Assembly: GCA_019721035.1 (NCBI GenBank)
Contig: JAHEAA010000001.1
Span: forward strand, 39,991 to 103,990
Length of the DNA: 64,000 bases
DNA from: Candidatus Sysuiplasma acidicola
GTDB lineage: Archaea > Thermoplasmatota > Thermoplasmata > Sysuiplasmatales > Sysuiplasmataceae
Direction of reading: 5' to 3'
How positions within the stretch are numbered: position 1 is the stretch's first letter; every line of letters begins with the position of its first letter. This document shows positions 18,756 to 27,774 of the stretch, in pieces. The notes beneath the pieces are model-generated. The model had not been told where the DNA came from. It saw only the letters and a list, made by a program, of their open reading frames with translations, and did no database searches. The position numbers and the translations under genes are program-made.

Positions 18756-20002
18756 GTGGAGCTTCCATGCATGCGCTTGACAGACTGGAACAAATTTCGC
18801 CTCTGAAGCGTGATTTTCCGATATTCTCGGAGAAGAGCAGGGAGTCGCTAGTCTATCTGGACAGTGCGGCAACCAGCCAGAAACCCGCCGTCGTCATAGA
18901 TGCAGTGGATGAATTCGAGAGGAGCTGCAACGCAAATGTGCACCGCGGCATATACCCTCTCAGCGAAGAAGCCACCGAACGATACGAAGACGCGAGGACC
19001 AAGGCTGCCCGTTTCATTGGTGCGCGTTCGCCTTCAGAAATAGTCTTCCTGCGGGGAACGACCGAGGCGCTGAATGTGCTGGCGCTGAGTTTCGGAACAT
19101 GGAAACTCAGGCGAGGCGACGAGGTGCTCACGACCGTAATGGAACATCATTCCAATATCGTGCCCTGGCAGATGCTCTCCTGGAAGGGTGTCGTCGTGAA
19201 ATTTGTCGATATCGACGAGAGGGGGCACATAGATATGGCCGATTTCGAAAGCAAGATCAGCGACAGGACGAAAATAGTCACCATCGCCCATGCGTCAAAC
19301 GTGCTTGGTACAGTGAATCCTATCAGGGAGATGGGAAGAATTGCACACGAACATTCGTCGACATTCATAGTGGACGGGGCTCAGTCCGCTCCCCATATTC
19401 CGCTCAACATGAAGGATTTGGAATGCGACTTTTTTGCGCTGTCGGGCCACAAGATGCTTGCACCCACCGGCATCGGCGTGCTGTATGGTCGCAGCGAACT
19501 GCTGCAGGAGATGGAACCGGCATTCGGCGGCGGTGAGATGATCAGCGAAGTGCATCAGCGCGGCTCAAAGTGGGCCGATCCGCCGTACAGGTTCGAGGCG
19601 GGCACTCCAAACATCAGCGGAGCGATTGGCCTCGGGGCCGCGATAGACTATCTCACCTCGATTGGAATGGAGAATGTGGAAAGATATGACAAGGAGATAC
19701 TTACCTATGCAATGAGCCGTCTTCTTGAGAACAAAGACATAGAAATATACGGTCCGACGGATATTGAGGAGAGGAGCGGCGTCATATCTTTCAACATCAG
19801 AGGCGTGCATGGCCACGATACGGCCGAAATACTGGGAAGGGAGGGTGTGGCGATAAGGTCCGGGCATCACTGTGCACAGCCGTTGATGGACAGACTCCAA
19901 ATACCGTCAACATCAAGGGCGTCATTCCAGATATACAACGGGCGGAGCGACATAGATGCCCTCGTGAACGCACTCGATGTTGTCAGAAAGGTGTTTGCCT
20001 GA
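18752..20002 (+). CDS. sufS: Cysteine desulfurase SufS (class II aminotransferase-V)
   Basis: 416 aa. PLP-Lys in ALSGHKMLAPTGIGVLYG. Catalytic Cys loop RSGHHCAQPLM is typical of SufS/CsdA group II. Confidence 0.9.
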   Translation: MSGASMHALDRLEQISPLKRDFPIFSEKSRESLVYLDSAATSQKPAVVIDAVDEFERSCNANVHRGIYPLSEEATERYEDARTKAARFIGARSPSEIVFLRGTTEALNVLALSFGTWKLRRGDEVLTTVMEHHSNIVPWQMLSWKGVVVKFVDIDERGHIDMADFESKISDRTKIVTIAHASNVLGTVNPIREMGRIAHEHSSTFIVDGAQSAPHIPLNMKDLECDFFALSGHKMLAPTGIGVLYGRSELLQEMEPAFGGGEMISEVHQRGSKWADPPYRFEAGTPNISGAIGLGAAIDYLTSIGMENVERYDKEILTYAMSRLLENKDIEIYGPTDIEERSGVISFNIRGVHGHDTAEILGREGVAIRSGHHCAQPLMDRLQIPSTSRASFQIYNGRSDIDALVNALDVVRKVFA

Positions 20003-20041
20003 AATACTCGTTTTGTTCATTGCTCCGGCGGAGCGCGATGA

Positions 20042-20473
20042 ATGGGTGATGCAATGGCGCTATACCTGCGAAACGACGTTTCCCGTTCCGTTATCAGACA
20101 CGCATCCGAGACATTTCCGGAGGAATGCTGCGGTTTCCTGATCGGTGAGGATGGAGGCGATCGGATGACGATGGAAGCACAGAGAGCAAGAAATTCTGCT
20201 ACAGAATCTAAAGGAAGCAGATATGTCATAGATCCTCTGGAAATAATGAAATGCGAAAGGGAATCTGCCTCCCGTGGACTCAGGGTGCTGGGTTACTACC
20301 ACTCCCATCCTGATCATCCTTCCATCCCCTCCGAATTCGACAGGCAGAATGCGTGGCCGGGCTACTCCTATCTCATTGTAAGCGTAATTTCCGGACACCC
20401 TTCAGGCATGCGGTCATGGCGGCTGACAGACGACAGATCACGTTTCGTCCGGGAAGAATTGTTTTATGAGTAA
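20042..20473 (+). CDS. JAMM/MPN+ (Mov34) zinc metalloprotease, Mec+/QbsD/HvJAMM-like
   Basis: 143 aa. EECCGFLIGE (Glu), then JAMM motif GYYHSHPDHPSIPSEFD (HxHx7Sx2D). Confidence 0.85.
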   Translation: MGDAMALYLRNDVSRSVIRHASETFPEECCGFLIGEDGGDRMTMEAQRARNSATESKGSRYVIDPLEIMKCERESASRGLRVLGYYHSHPDHPSIPSEFDRQNAWPGYSYLIVSVISGHPSGMRSWRLTDDRSRFVREELFYE

Positions 20474-20478
20474 ACTCC

Positions 20479-21255
20479 GTGCATCACCGTTGGTGTTGTG
20501 ATATGGACAGCAAGCTCAGATTTTCCGACAGAGCTTGCGACTATGCCCTCTACCGGCCTTCTTATCCCGCAGGCCTCATTGACGTGCTTGCATCGGAAGC
20601 GTCTTTTGCACCGGGATGTGTGGTGGCCGACGTCGGGGCAGGCACCGGAAAATTGTCCGCCCTTTTTGCTGACAGAGGTGCTGCAGTGTACTGCATAGAG
20701 CCGAACCCTGAAATGCTGCATGCTTGTATCAGTGAGCTAGGTGCAAGGAAGAACTGTCACTTCATACGGGCCACGGCAGAACGAACCGGCCTAGTCTCAG
20801 GCTCCGTGGACATCGTTTCGGCAGGACAGTCATTTCACTGGTTCGATGTGGAAGCTGCCCGGACGGAATTTCTGAGAGTGCTCCATCCCGACGGATGCGT
20901 ATTTATCGTCTGGAACACGAGAGACAACAAAGCGAACCCGTTCATGATTGAGTATGGTAAACTGTTGGAAAAACATGCCAGCCGGGGAGCGCCTGTCCTC
21001 AGCTCCGAGAGAGCCGGCATAGAGATACTTTTCGGGCAAAGCCGCTTCAAAAGCGGTGAACTGACAAATTCGCAGACGCTTGATTTGGCGGGTCTGATCG
21101 GAAGGTTGGCCTCTTCGTCCTATCTGCCGTCTAGAGGTTCTGTGGGCTACGACTCGATGCTGTCCGATGCGCTTGCTCTTTTCAAACGATTCGAGATCAA
21201 CGGACGGGTGCAATTGCTCTACAGAACGGAATATTTTATTGGAAGACCGGAATAG
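20479..21255 (+). CDS. Class I SAM-dependent methyltransferase (type 11)
   Basis: 258 aa. Motif I VVADVGAGTGKLSALFADRGAAVYCIEPNPEML. Starts 6 nt after the JAMM stop, so it is probably in the same operon. Confidence 0.7.
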   Translation: MHHRWCCDMDSKLRFSDRACDYALYRPSYPAGLIDVLASEASFAPGCVVADVGAGTGKLSALFADRGAAVYCIEPNPEMLHACISELGARKNCHFIRATAERTGLVSGSVDIVSAGQSFHWFDVEAARTEFLRVLHPDGCVFIVWNTRDNKANPFMIEYGKLLEKHASRGAPVLSSERAGIEILFGQSRFKSGELTNSQTLDLAGLIGRLASSSYLPSRGSVGYDSMLSDALALFKRFEINGRVQLLYRTEYFIGRPE

Positions 21256-21315
21256 GATTAAACGGAACGGGACCTGTTCTCCTGTCTTCGGACCGTGAAA
21301 AGCACCGGTGGAGTA

Positions 21316-21483
21316 TCAATGGAAGAGATAGACAGAGTTTCCCCTGTTCTTTCTCCTGTTTCTTCTGCGCCAGATAATCAGGATGAGCAATATGAGCAGT
21401 ATGACAATTGCAATGGCAATATTGTCAAACGCGCTCAGCGCCGCAAATGCCGCCGATGCCTGAATCTGTCTGCCATCATCCAT
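21316..21483 (-). CDS. Possible small tail-anchored membrane protein of 55 aa
   Basis: Read by eye. It is below the ORF-track size cutoff. MDDGRQIQASAAFAALSAFDNIAIAIVILLILLILIIWRRRNRRKNRGNSVYLFH has a single C-terminal TM helix followed by a poly-basic stretch. The competing + strand ORF 21295-21513 has no features. Confidence 0.25.
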   Translation of the reverse strand: MDDGRQIQASAAFAALSAFDNIAIAIVILLILLILIIWRRRNRRKNRGNSVYLFH

Positions 21484-21547
21484 GCCTGCCAAACAACGTC
21501 ACTCGTGATTTAAGTCTTCTCCTGCTTCACAGGCCGCTTTCAATTTT

Positions 21548-22042
21548 TCACGTCTTTCTCGCGAATACTCCGTAATGGAACTCGGCAGCGCAGAAAATTT
21601 TCTCGATTGCAAAGCCTGCTCCTGCGATGAGCGTCTCGGCCTCCTCCTGCGAGAGTCGTTCGGACAGCGGAGGACCAATCGGCGTCTTCTGTTTCTCCCA
21701 TTCAATTGCTCCCAGCACACCATTTTTCCTGAGTATTCTATGGACTTCCTTCAGTGTGGCATCCCCTTCCAGTTCATGCAAAGTCGTGATCATCAGTGCC
21801 ACATCAACCGTACCGCTCCCTGCCGGAATTTTCTGCTCCTCCGACAGTATGAATTTTACATTCCGGAGGCCATTTTTCCCGGCGATATTTTTAGCCATGC
21901 CGATGAACTGCTCCTGTATGTCAACGGCAATAACCTTTCCCGTCTCACCGACACTTTCAGAAGCGGCCGCCAGGAAAGCACCTGGGCCGCATCCGACGTC
22001 CATCAGAACATTTCCCTTCCTGATGCCAAACAAACTCATCAC
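21548..22042 (-). CDS. Class I SAM-dependent methyltransferase (UbiE/ArsM-like)
   Basis: 164 aa. Motif I VLMDVGCGPGAFLAAASESVGETGKVIAVDIQEQFI and post-II NVKFILSEEQKIPAGSGTVDVA. Confidence 0.7.
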   Translation of the reverse strand: MMSLFGIRKGNVLMDVGCGPGAFLAAASESVGETGKVIAVDIQEQFIGMAKNIAGKNGLRNVKFILSEEQKIPAGSGTVDVALMITTLHELEGDATLKEVHRILRKNGVLGAIEWEKQKTPIGPPLSERLSQEEAETLIAGAGFAIEKIFCAAEFHYGVFARKT

Positions 22043-22144
22043 TGCAGCAGGCTGCAGCAGACTGAGTCTTTCCTCGCTCAGCAGGACGTCGCCTATCCCG
22101 ACAGGAAACTTCCTCTTCTTCTTCGTGGCCGCTCCTCCCCCTCG

Positions 22145-23380
22145 TCAATATGATGCATTGCGCAGCTCTTTCATATTTGTTGCTGCTGCGCAGGTGACCA
22201 GCATCAGCAAGGCGAAGAACAGATAGACGCCTTGCACTCCCATAACATCCACAAGTAAGCCGCTAGCCATCATGGAGAGCGAAGCGCTGCCGAGCAGCAG
22301 AAGGCTCAGGGCGGCAAGCACGCTGCCGAGACGTTCATTCGGCGTTCTGGCCTGGATGAGCGTAACAAACGGGACAATCGATATGCCCTCCACGAAGCCT
22401 ATCACCACTGAGACGGCAACTGCCAGCAATGCGTTGCCCGAATAGGCAAAAAGTATGTAGAGAAAGGCATCGACGGTGTTTGATATTATCAGTATCTTCC
22501 CCACTCTGCTCCCGGGATTGAATTTTGTCACTATGTAATTGCCGGCGACCGTTCCGGCAGCAAGAAAGACCAGTATTGAAGCAAAGATGCCAGGACCGGA
22601 TCTGAAAACTACTTTGGCCATGATGGCAGGGAGCACTATCATGCCTGCACCCGTGAAATTTACAACAGAAAGGAAGATAGCAATTTCCAGTATGAGCCTG
22701 TCGCTCCGGATATAACGCAAACCGTCGAAACCGCTCCTCTTCTTTGTACTCCTTTTCTGCCCCGAAAGGTTCATTCCGCCGAACATCAGAGCGCTGGTCA
22801 AGAACACTGCAACCTCGATGAGCGCTATTCCGCGTATACCTAACAGGAGCAACAGTGCGCCTCCCGCAAGGAATCCGAAAATCCTGGTGAGCTGTGTCGT
22901 CGCCTGCTGCAGCGAATTTGCCGCAGTGAGTTCATCCTTAGGAACTGTAAGCGGTATGCTGCTGCTCCTGGAAATCGAAACAAGGAATCCAAAACTGGCT
23001 ATTGAGAAGACCGCAATGAATGATGTTTGCAGTACAAACACGTCGAACGTTATCGAAAGGTAGAGAAGTATTGCAAATGTCATCTCCGAAAGCGTTGCGG
23101 CAATCATGACTTTCTTTCTGTTGTAGCCGTCGGCTATCTTGCCGAATACAGGTGCAAACAGGAACGTAGGAGCATAATATGCCGCAGCAATGAGACCAGC
23201 GTACATCACATTGTGCGTCAGCACTCCATATACGAACCACAGCATGGCTATGGAGAGCAGATTGTCTCCTGTCCTTGACACCAGTGTTGCTGCCCAGAGA
23301 TAGAAGAAACTCCTGTTGCCTAGTACCCTGAAGTACCCCACCTTAGGGTGAACTGTTTCTGTAGTCAAATTAGAGCCCAA
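22145..23380 (-). CDS. MFS transporter (EntS/YbdA-like exporter family)
   Basis: 411 aa, about 12 TM helices. N-terminal YFRVLGNRSFFYLWAATLVSRTGDNL is typical of this MFS subfamily. Confidence 0.8.
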   Translation of the reverse strand: MGSNLTTETVHPKVGYFRVLGNRSFFYLWAATLVSRTGDNLLSIAMLWFVYGVLTHNVMYAGLIAAAYYAPTFLFAPVFGKIADGYNRKKVMIAATLSEMTFAILLYLSITFDVFVLQTSFIAVFSIASFGFLVSISRSSSIPLTVPKDELTAANSLQQATTQLTRIFGFLAGGALLLLLGIRGIALIEVAVFLTSALMFGGMNLSGQKRSTKKRSGFDGLRYIRSDRLILEIAIFLSVVNFTGAGMIVLPAIMAKVVFRSGPGIFASILVFLAAGTVAGNYIVTKFNPGSRVGKILIISNTVDAFLYILFAYSGNALLAVAVSVVIGFVEGISIVPFVTLIQARTPNERLGSVLAALSLLLLGSASLSMMASGLLVDVMGVQGVYLFFALLMLVTCAAATNMKELRNASY

Positions 23381-23520
23381 CCCGATTGACCTTGCGAATG
23401 AACGTCATTATAATATTAAATTGTAGTACACGATTTTCGGAAAATATATTCAAAACGCTCCGTCATCTGCAGCTCCCCGCCTGCCAAGTTTTATGGCAGG
23501 CTGGGGCATTTCCCACAGGA

Positions 23521-24159
23521 GTGATTGGGTTGAAGGTTGAACTGGTAAATTACACCGCCAGCCCTGTGGAGGCATGCGGAAAGGCTGCGGGCATTTGTTA
23601 TGACAGAGAGGCGAAAGAGGACTACGGTTCCTTCATCAAGCGCATCATAAGTTACGGCCATATGGACGTCATTGAGCATGCCAACTTCACCTTCCGGATA
23701 GAAGGAATAAGCAGGGCCTGCTCCCATCAGCTCGTACGGCACAGACACAGCTCCTTCAGTCAGAGGAGCCAGCGATATGTCTCGGAAAAGGAAAGCAATT
23801 ATGTTCTCCCCTCGCTGGAGAATGTTGCACTGGAAAAGAGAGGCGAGGCACTGTCAGTAATGGAGGATTTCATCCGGAAGAGTTACGATGTTTACGCGTC
23901 TCTTCTCAAACTCGGCGTTAAGAAGGAGGATGCACGTTTTGTGCTGACTAACGCTGCCGAGACCAGACTCTACTGGACAACAAACGCCAGATCGCTTAGA
24001 CACTTCTTCATAATGCGCCTTGATGTGAGCGCACAGTGGGAAATCAGGAAGATGGCACAGCTTGCATTTGATGAAGTGATAAAGGTGGCGAAGGAGTTAT
24101 TTGATGATCTGCTTGAATTGAGGAACACAGGGCATCTGGGCCATCCTGTCTACGAGTGA
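23521..24159 (+). CDS. thyX: Flavin-dependent thymidylate synthase ThyX
   Basis: ThyX signature RHRHSSFSQRSQRY (RHRxxSxxxxSxRY). I place the start at GTG 23521 or TTG 23530. The ORF-track start at 23386 lies in the divergent promoter gap. Confidence 0.85.
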   Translation: MIGLKVELVNYTASPVEACGKAAGICYDREAKEDYGSFIKRIISYGHMDVIEHANFTFRIEGISRACSHQLVRHRHSSFSQRSQRYVSEKESNYVLPSLENVALEKRGEALSVMEDFIRKSYDVYASLLKLGVKKEDARFVLTNAAETRLYWTTNARSLRHFFIMRLDVSAQWEIRKMAQLAFDEVIKVAKELFDDLLELRNTGHLGHPVYE

Positions 24160-24161
24160 TA

Positions 24162-24986
24162 TCACCTGTCGTCGATATGGGTGATTTTCTGCGCCGCTGG
24201 AACATGTTCCGCCTCGCCCGACTTGAAGAAATAGACGAGCAGCGTCACGAGAAGTATGAGATAGGCTACGAGCTGTGCAAGTGTGTAGGCGGTTCCGTCG
24301 AATCCGATCAGCAGCGTCAGCATGGAATGCAGTATCGATGACGCATATCCGGTGTCTCTGTATCTAAGCAGGATGCTTGCTGCCGGGATCAGTCCCACCT
24401 GCTCAAGGTTGTGTATAACAATCGAAAGTATGGCGGATGCAAAAATAATCAGCGCCAGGGACGTCCATCTGAAGACCGTTCCTATGTCCATCTTGCGCGT
24501 CATGCTGTTGAGCGCGACGAATAGAATGGAAACGGCTGCGATTCCCCCTGCGGCACCTATTGCACTTCCTGTCTCGGATATGAAGATGAACGGTGCAATG
24601 AATATTACTGCCTCTACACCCTCTCTGAGCACAGTGGTGAAACTGATGAAAAAAATGGCCGGAAAGCCATGACTTTGTATGTTTTTCTCCAGTTTCCGCT
24701 CAATTGATACACGCATCGACCTAGAGTGCTTTTTCATGAAAAGTATCATGTATGTTAGCACTGCGACGGCAAATATGCCCATCAGCGCTTCAAAATAGTC
24801 ACCGAACGCAGCGTAGAGATAACCAAATGCTGCTGCCAGCAGTACCGAAACTGCAATGCCTGCGGCCACACCTGCGTATACGTACGGGATGCGCTTAGGG
24901 TCGACTGCCGCCAGATATCCGGAAAGAACGATGACGACGAGTGACGCCTCGAGTGCTTCCCTGAAACTGATGACGAATGCTGCCAC
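24162..24986 (-). CDS. FTR1/EfeU-family high-affinity iron permease
   Basis: 274 aa, 7 TM helices. Two RExxE motifs at TM starts: SFREALEASLVV and VLREGVEAVIFI. Confidence 0.7.
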   Translation of the reverse strand: MAAFVISFREALEASLVVIVLSGYLAAVDPKRIPYVYAGVAAGIAVSVLLAAAFGYLYAAFGDYFEALMGIFAVAVLTYMILFMKKHSRSMRVSIERKLEKNIQSHGFPAIFFISFTTVLREGVEAVIFIAPFIFISETGSAIGAAGGIAAVSILFVALNSMTRKMDIGTVFRWTSLALIIFASAILSIVIHNLEQVGLIPAASILLRYRDTGYASSILHSMLTLLIGFDGTAYTLAQLVAYLILLVTLLVYFFKSGEAEHVPAAQKITHIDDR

Positions 24987-25191
24987 TAAGGCCGCTATTT
25001 CAGCAGATGCCAGGAATGTTCACCGTACGGCGCTAGATACGCGTATTATTTGAATATAACGCCGTAATAGTGGCGGTAACCGCTGGCGTTGGCGACTGAA
25101 AAAGTGTAATGAATCTTCCGTTTGTTTCTCGCCCATGCTCAATGCCTCCGTCAGCAATGTATTTTTATGCTATCCTGCTTCAGACTGTCAG

Positions 25192-27774
25192 ATGTCTGCG
25201 TATGACCATACGGTCTCAGAACCCGAATGGCAACAGAAGTGGAAGGAGTGGAACATTTACCGCTTCGACCCTTCATCGAAAAGAGAGGTTTACAGCATTG
25301 ACACCCCTCCGCGCTATACCTCGGGTGCGCTTCATCTTGGCCATGCAACAGGATATCCGATGCTGGATTTTGCCGCAAGATACCGCAGGATGCGCGGCTA
25401 CAATGTCTTTTTCCCTCTCTGTTTCGACACAAACGGAATGCCCGTTGAGACTGCGACAGAGAAGAAACACGGAATTACAAAGTTCAGCGTGGACCGAAAG
25501 ACCTACCTTCGCCTGTGTTCAGAATATGCGCATCAGTTCATAGACACGATGACCATGCAATTTGAGATGCTCGGCATGAGCCTTGACCCGAGCATCTATT
25601 ACCAGACCGATGCGCCGGCGTACAGGCGCATCACACAGATTACATTTCTGCGCATGCTTGACAAGGGTCTTGCCTATCGCGGCACCTTTCCCGTGAACTG
25701 GTGCGTTCACTGCAATACGTCACTGGCGGATGCCGAGGTGGAGAGAGAGGAACGAAAGGCCATACTGCATCATATAAAATTCCCGCTCAAGGATGGCGGA
25801 CATGTTACAATCGCCACCAGCAGGCCGGAGCTCATAGGCGCATGCCAGGCTGTTCTGTTCAACGGAGATGACAGCAGGCATTCAGCACTCGCCGGCAGAA
25901 CCGCAGTTCTGCCGATCTATGACAGGGAGGTGCCTCTGCTTGAAGACGGCAAGGTGGATATGGCGTTCGGCACCGGCGCAGTAATGGTCTGCTCTTACGG
26001 CGACAAAGAGGATGCCGAGTGGATACTCAAACACAAGCTGCCGGTCAGCGTCATCATAGACGACATGGGAAACATGAATGACGTTGCTGGCTTCCTTTCC
26101 GGCAGTAACACAATCGATGCAAGGAAGACCATGGTCGCCGCACTGACTGAGAAGGGTCTTCTGCTTAAAACAGAAACATTCGATCAGAGCGTGGGAGTGT
26201 GCTGGCGTTGCGCAACTCCTGTCGAGATTATTGAAACGAGGCAGTGGTTCCTGAAGTCGGTGTCTTTCAAAGAGGAGATCATGGAGAAGGCCAGGGAGAT
26301 ACGGTGGTTTCCGGAGTTCATGAAGCAGCGGCTCAGGGACTGGGCAGATTCACTCACCTGGGACTGGGTCATATCCAGACAGCGGCTGTTCGCGACTCCC
26401 CTGCCTATCTGGGAATGCGCAGGGTGCGGGCACGTTGTGCCTGCAACTGAGAACCAGTGTTATATCGACCCTCTTGAAATGCCTCCCCCGGGCCCCTGTC
26501 CTCGGTGCGGGTCAGAACTGAAGGGCAGCACAGACGTGTTTGACACGTGGATGGATTCGAGCGTGAGCGTGCTGTACAACACCTTCTGGGAAAGAGATGA
26601 GAAGCTCTTTTCGCATCTCTTCCCGATGAGCCTGAGGGGTCAGGCGCACGAGATCATAAGGACATGGGCATACTACACGATACTTCGATCTCATCTGCTG
26701 CTCGACGAAATCCCCTGGAATGACATAATGATCACGGGCTTTATCATGGCGCCGGACAAGACGCCGATGCACACGCATCTCGGCAACATGATTGACCCTG
26801 TGCCTATTATGAAAAAATACGGCGCGGACGCTCTCAGGTATTTTGCTGCGACATGCAGTCTCGGAACCGATCAGGCATTCAGGGAAAAGGACGTGGTCCA
26901 TGGACAGAGGCTGTGCAACAAGATATGGAACATTGCCAGATTCTGTTCATCCTTTGAGATAAAGGACAAGGCCATGCCCCGCTCCGCGGGTCCTGTAGAC
27001 TCGTGGATAATTTCGCTGTACAGTGACGCGGTGAGGGACGCAACAGCGTTCATGGAAACGTATGAGTTCGACAGGGCCATGAGGGCCATAGAGGGGTTTG
27101 CATGGCACGATTTCGCCGATGATTATGTGGAGATGGCGAAACAGCGTGCAAAGGACGGGGATCGTGCGGCAATATGGGTCCTCCGGACCATCTCCCAGGG
27201 CATAGTGAAGATGCTTGCGCCGCTCCTGCCTCACGTAAGCGAAGCAGTGTATCAGGAATTTTTCAAAACGGAGGAAAAGAGCATACATCTGTGCAGCTGG
27301 CCCGAACCGCTTCCACCCGAGATCGAAGCTACTGACACAGGCAGGACGGCAGTCAGGATCGTCCATGCCCTTAGAGACTGGCGTGCAAAGAACAGTTTCA
27401 ACGGTCCGATATCACAGATCACAGTGCTGCACTTCCCGGATGAGCTTAAAACAGCCGCAGTCGACATAGCGAGTGCGTGCAGAGCCGCCAAAGTCAGTTT
27501 CGGAACGGCTGGAAGCTACAGGAGAGCCGTCACGGCCATCAAGCCCAATTATCAGTACATAGGTCCCAGATACAGGGAGAAGGCGAAGGCAATAACCGAT
27601 GCCCTGAAGGCACTCGATCCTGCAGCACTGTCGCTCAACGAGGACGGCAGCATTACGCTGGGCGGCACATCACTGGAGAAGGAGGCCTTTCAGCTCACCA
27701 CATCGTACATTGTCGACGGAACCGAGGCGGATGCTCTGCAGGTCGGGGATATACTCCTCCTCGTAAGGAAATGA
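25192..27774 (+). CDS. Class Ia aminoacyl-tRNA synthetase, archaeal type. Best fit is valyl-tRNA synthetase-like (ValRS/IleRS/LeuRS clade). HIGH motif intact, KMSKS position non-canonical.
   Basis: Start at ATG 25192 (MSAYDHTVSEPEWQQKW...). HIGH region is PPRYTSGALHLGHATGY. Family motifs: ARYRRMRGYNVFFPLCFDTNGMPVE, WCVHCNTSLADAEVE, WDWVISRQRLFATPLPIW, FDTWMDSS. Zn ribbon insert CAGCGH...CPRCG. At the expected KMSKS position the sequence reads GFIMAPDKTPMHTHLGNMIDP (PMHTH in place of KMSKS). Confidence 0.8.
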   Translation: MSAYDHTVSEPEWQQKWKEWNIYRFDPSSKREVYSIDTPPRYTSGALHLGHATGYPMLDFAARYRRMRGYNVFFPLCFDTNGMPVETATEKKHGITKFSVDRKTYLRLCSEYAHQFIDTMTMQFEMLGMSLDPSIYYQTDAPAYRRITQITFLRMLDKGLAYRGTFPVNWCVHCNTSLADAEVEREERKAILHHIKFPLKDGGHVTIATSRPELIGACQAVLFNGDDSRHSALAGRTAVLPIYDREVPLLEDGKVDMAFGTGAVMVCSYGDKEDAEWILKHKLPVSVIIDDMGNMNDVAGFLSGSNTIDARKTMVAALTEKGLLLKTETFDQSVGVCWRCATPVEIIETRQWFLKSVSFKEEIMEKAREIRWFPEFMKQRLRDWADSLTWDWVISRQRLFATPLPIWECAGCGHVVPATENQCYIDPLEMPPPGPCPRCGSELKGSTDVFDTWMDSSVSVLYNTFWERDEKLFSHLFPMSLRGQAHEIIRTWAYYTILRSHLLLDEIPWNDIMITGFIMAPDKTPMHTHLGNMIDPVPIMKKYGADALRYFAATCSLGTDQAFREKDVVHGQRLCNKIWNIARFCSSFEIKDKAMPRSAGPVDSWIISLYSDAVRDATAFMETYEFDRAMRAIEGFAWHDFADDYVEMAKQRAKDGDRAAIWVLRTISQGIVKMLAPLLPHVSEAVYQEFFKTEEKSIHLCSWPEPLPPEIEATDTGRTAVRIVHALRDWRAKNSFNGPISQITVLHFPDELKTAAVDIASACRAAKVSFGTAGSYRRAVTAIKPNYQYIGPRYREKAKAITDALKALDPAALSLNEDGSITLGGTSLEKEAFQLTTSYIVDGTEADALQVGDILLLVRK

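Noticed and set aside
23386-23520. ORF-track N-terminal extension of ThyX (MTLRMNVIIILNCSTRF...)
   Set aside because: This region is the divergent intergenic/promoter region between the MFS gene and thyX. ThyX homology begins near LKVELVNYT, so I moved the start to GTG 23521.
27477-27770. ORF-track N-terminal extension of the methyltransferase at 27477
   Set aside because: It is in frame but lies inside the 3' end of the aaRS gene. The methyltransferase domain begins at the ATG that overlaps the aaRS stop.
25135-27774. My initial reading of the large aaRS as leucyl-tRNA synthetase
   Set aside because: The WCxxCxTxLADAEVE editing-domain motif and the size of about 860 aa fit ValRS or IleRS better than archaeal LeuRS (~950 aa). 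I left it as ValRS-like without a gene symbol.
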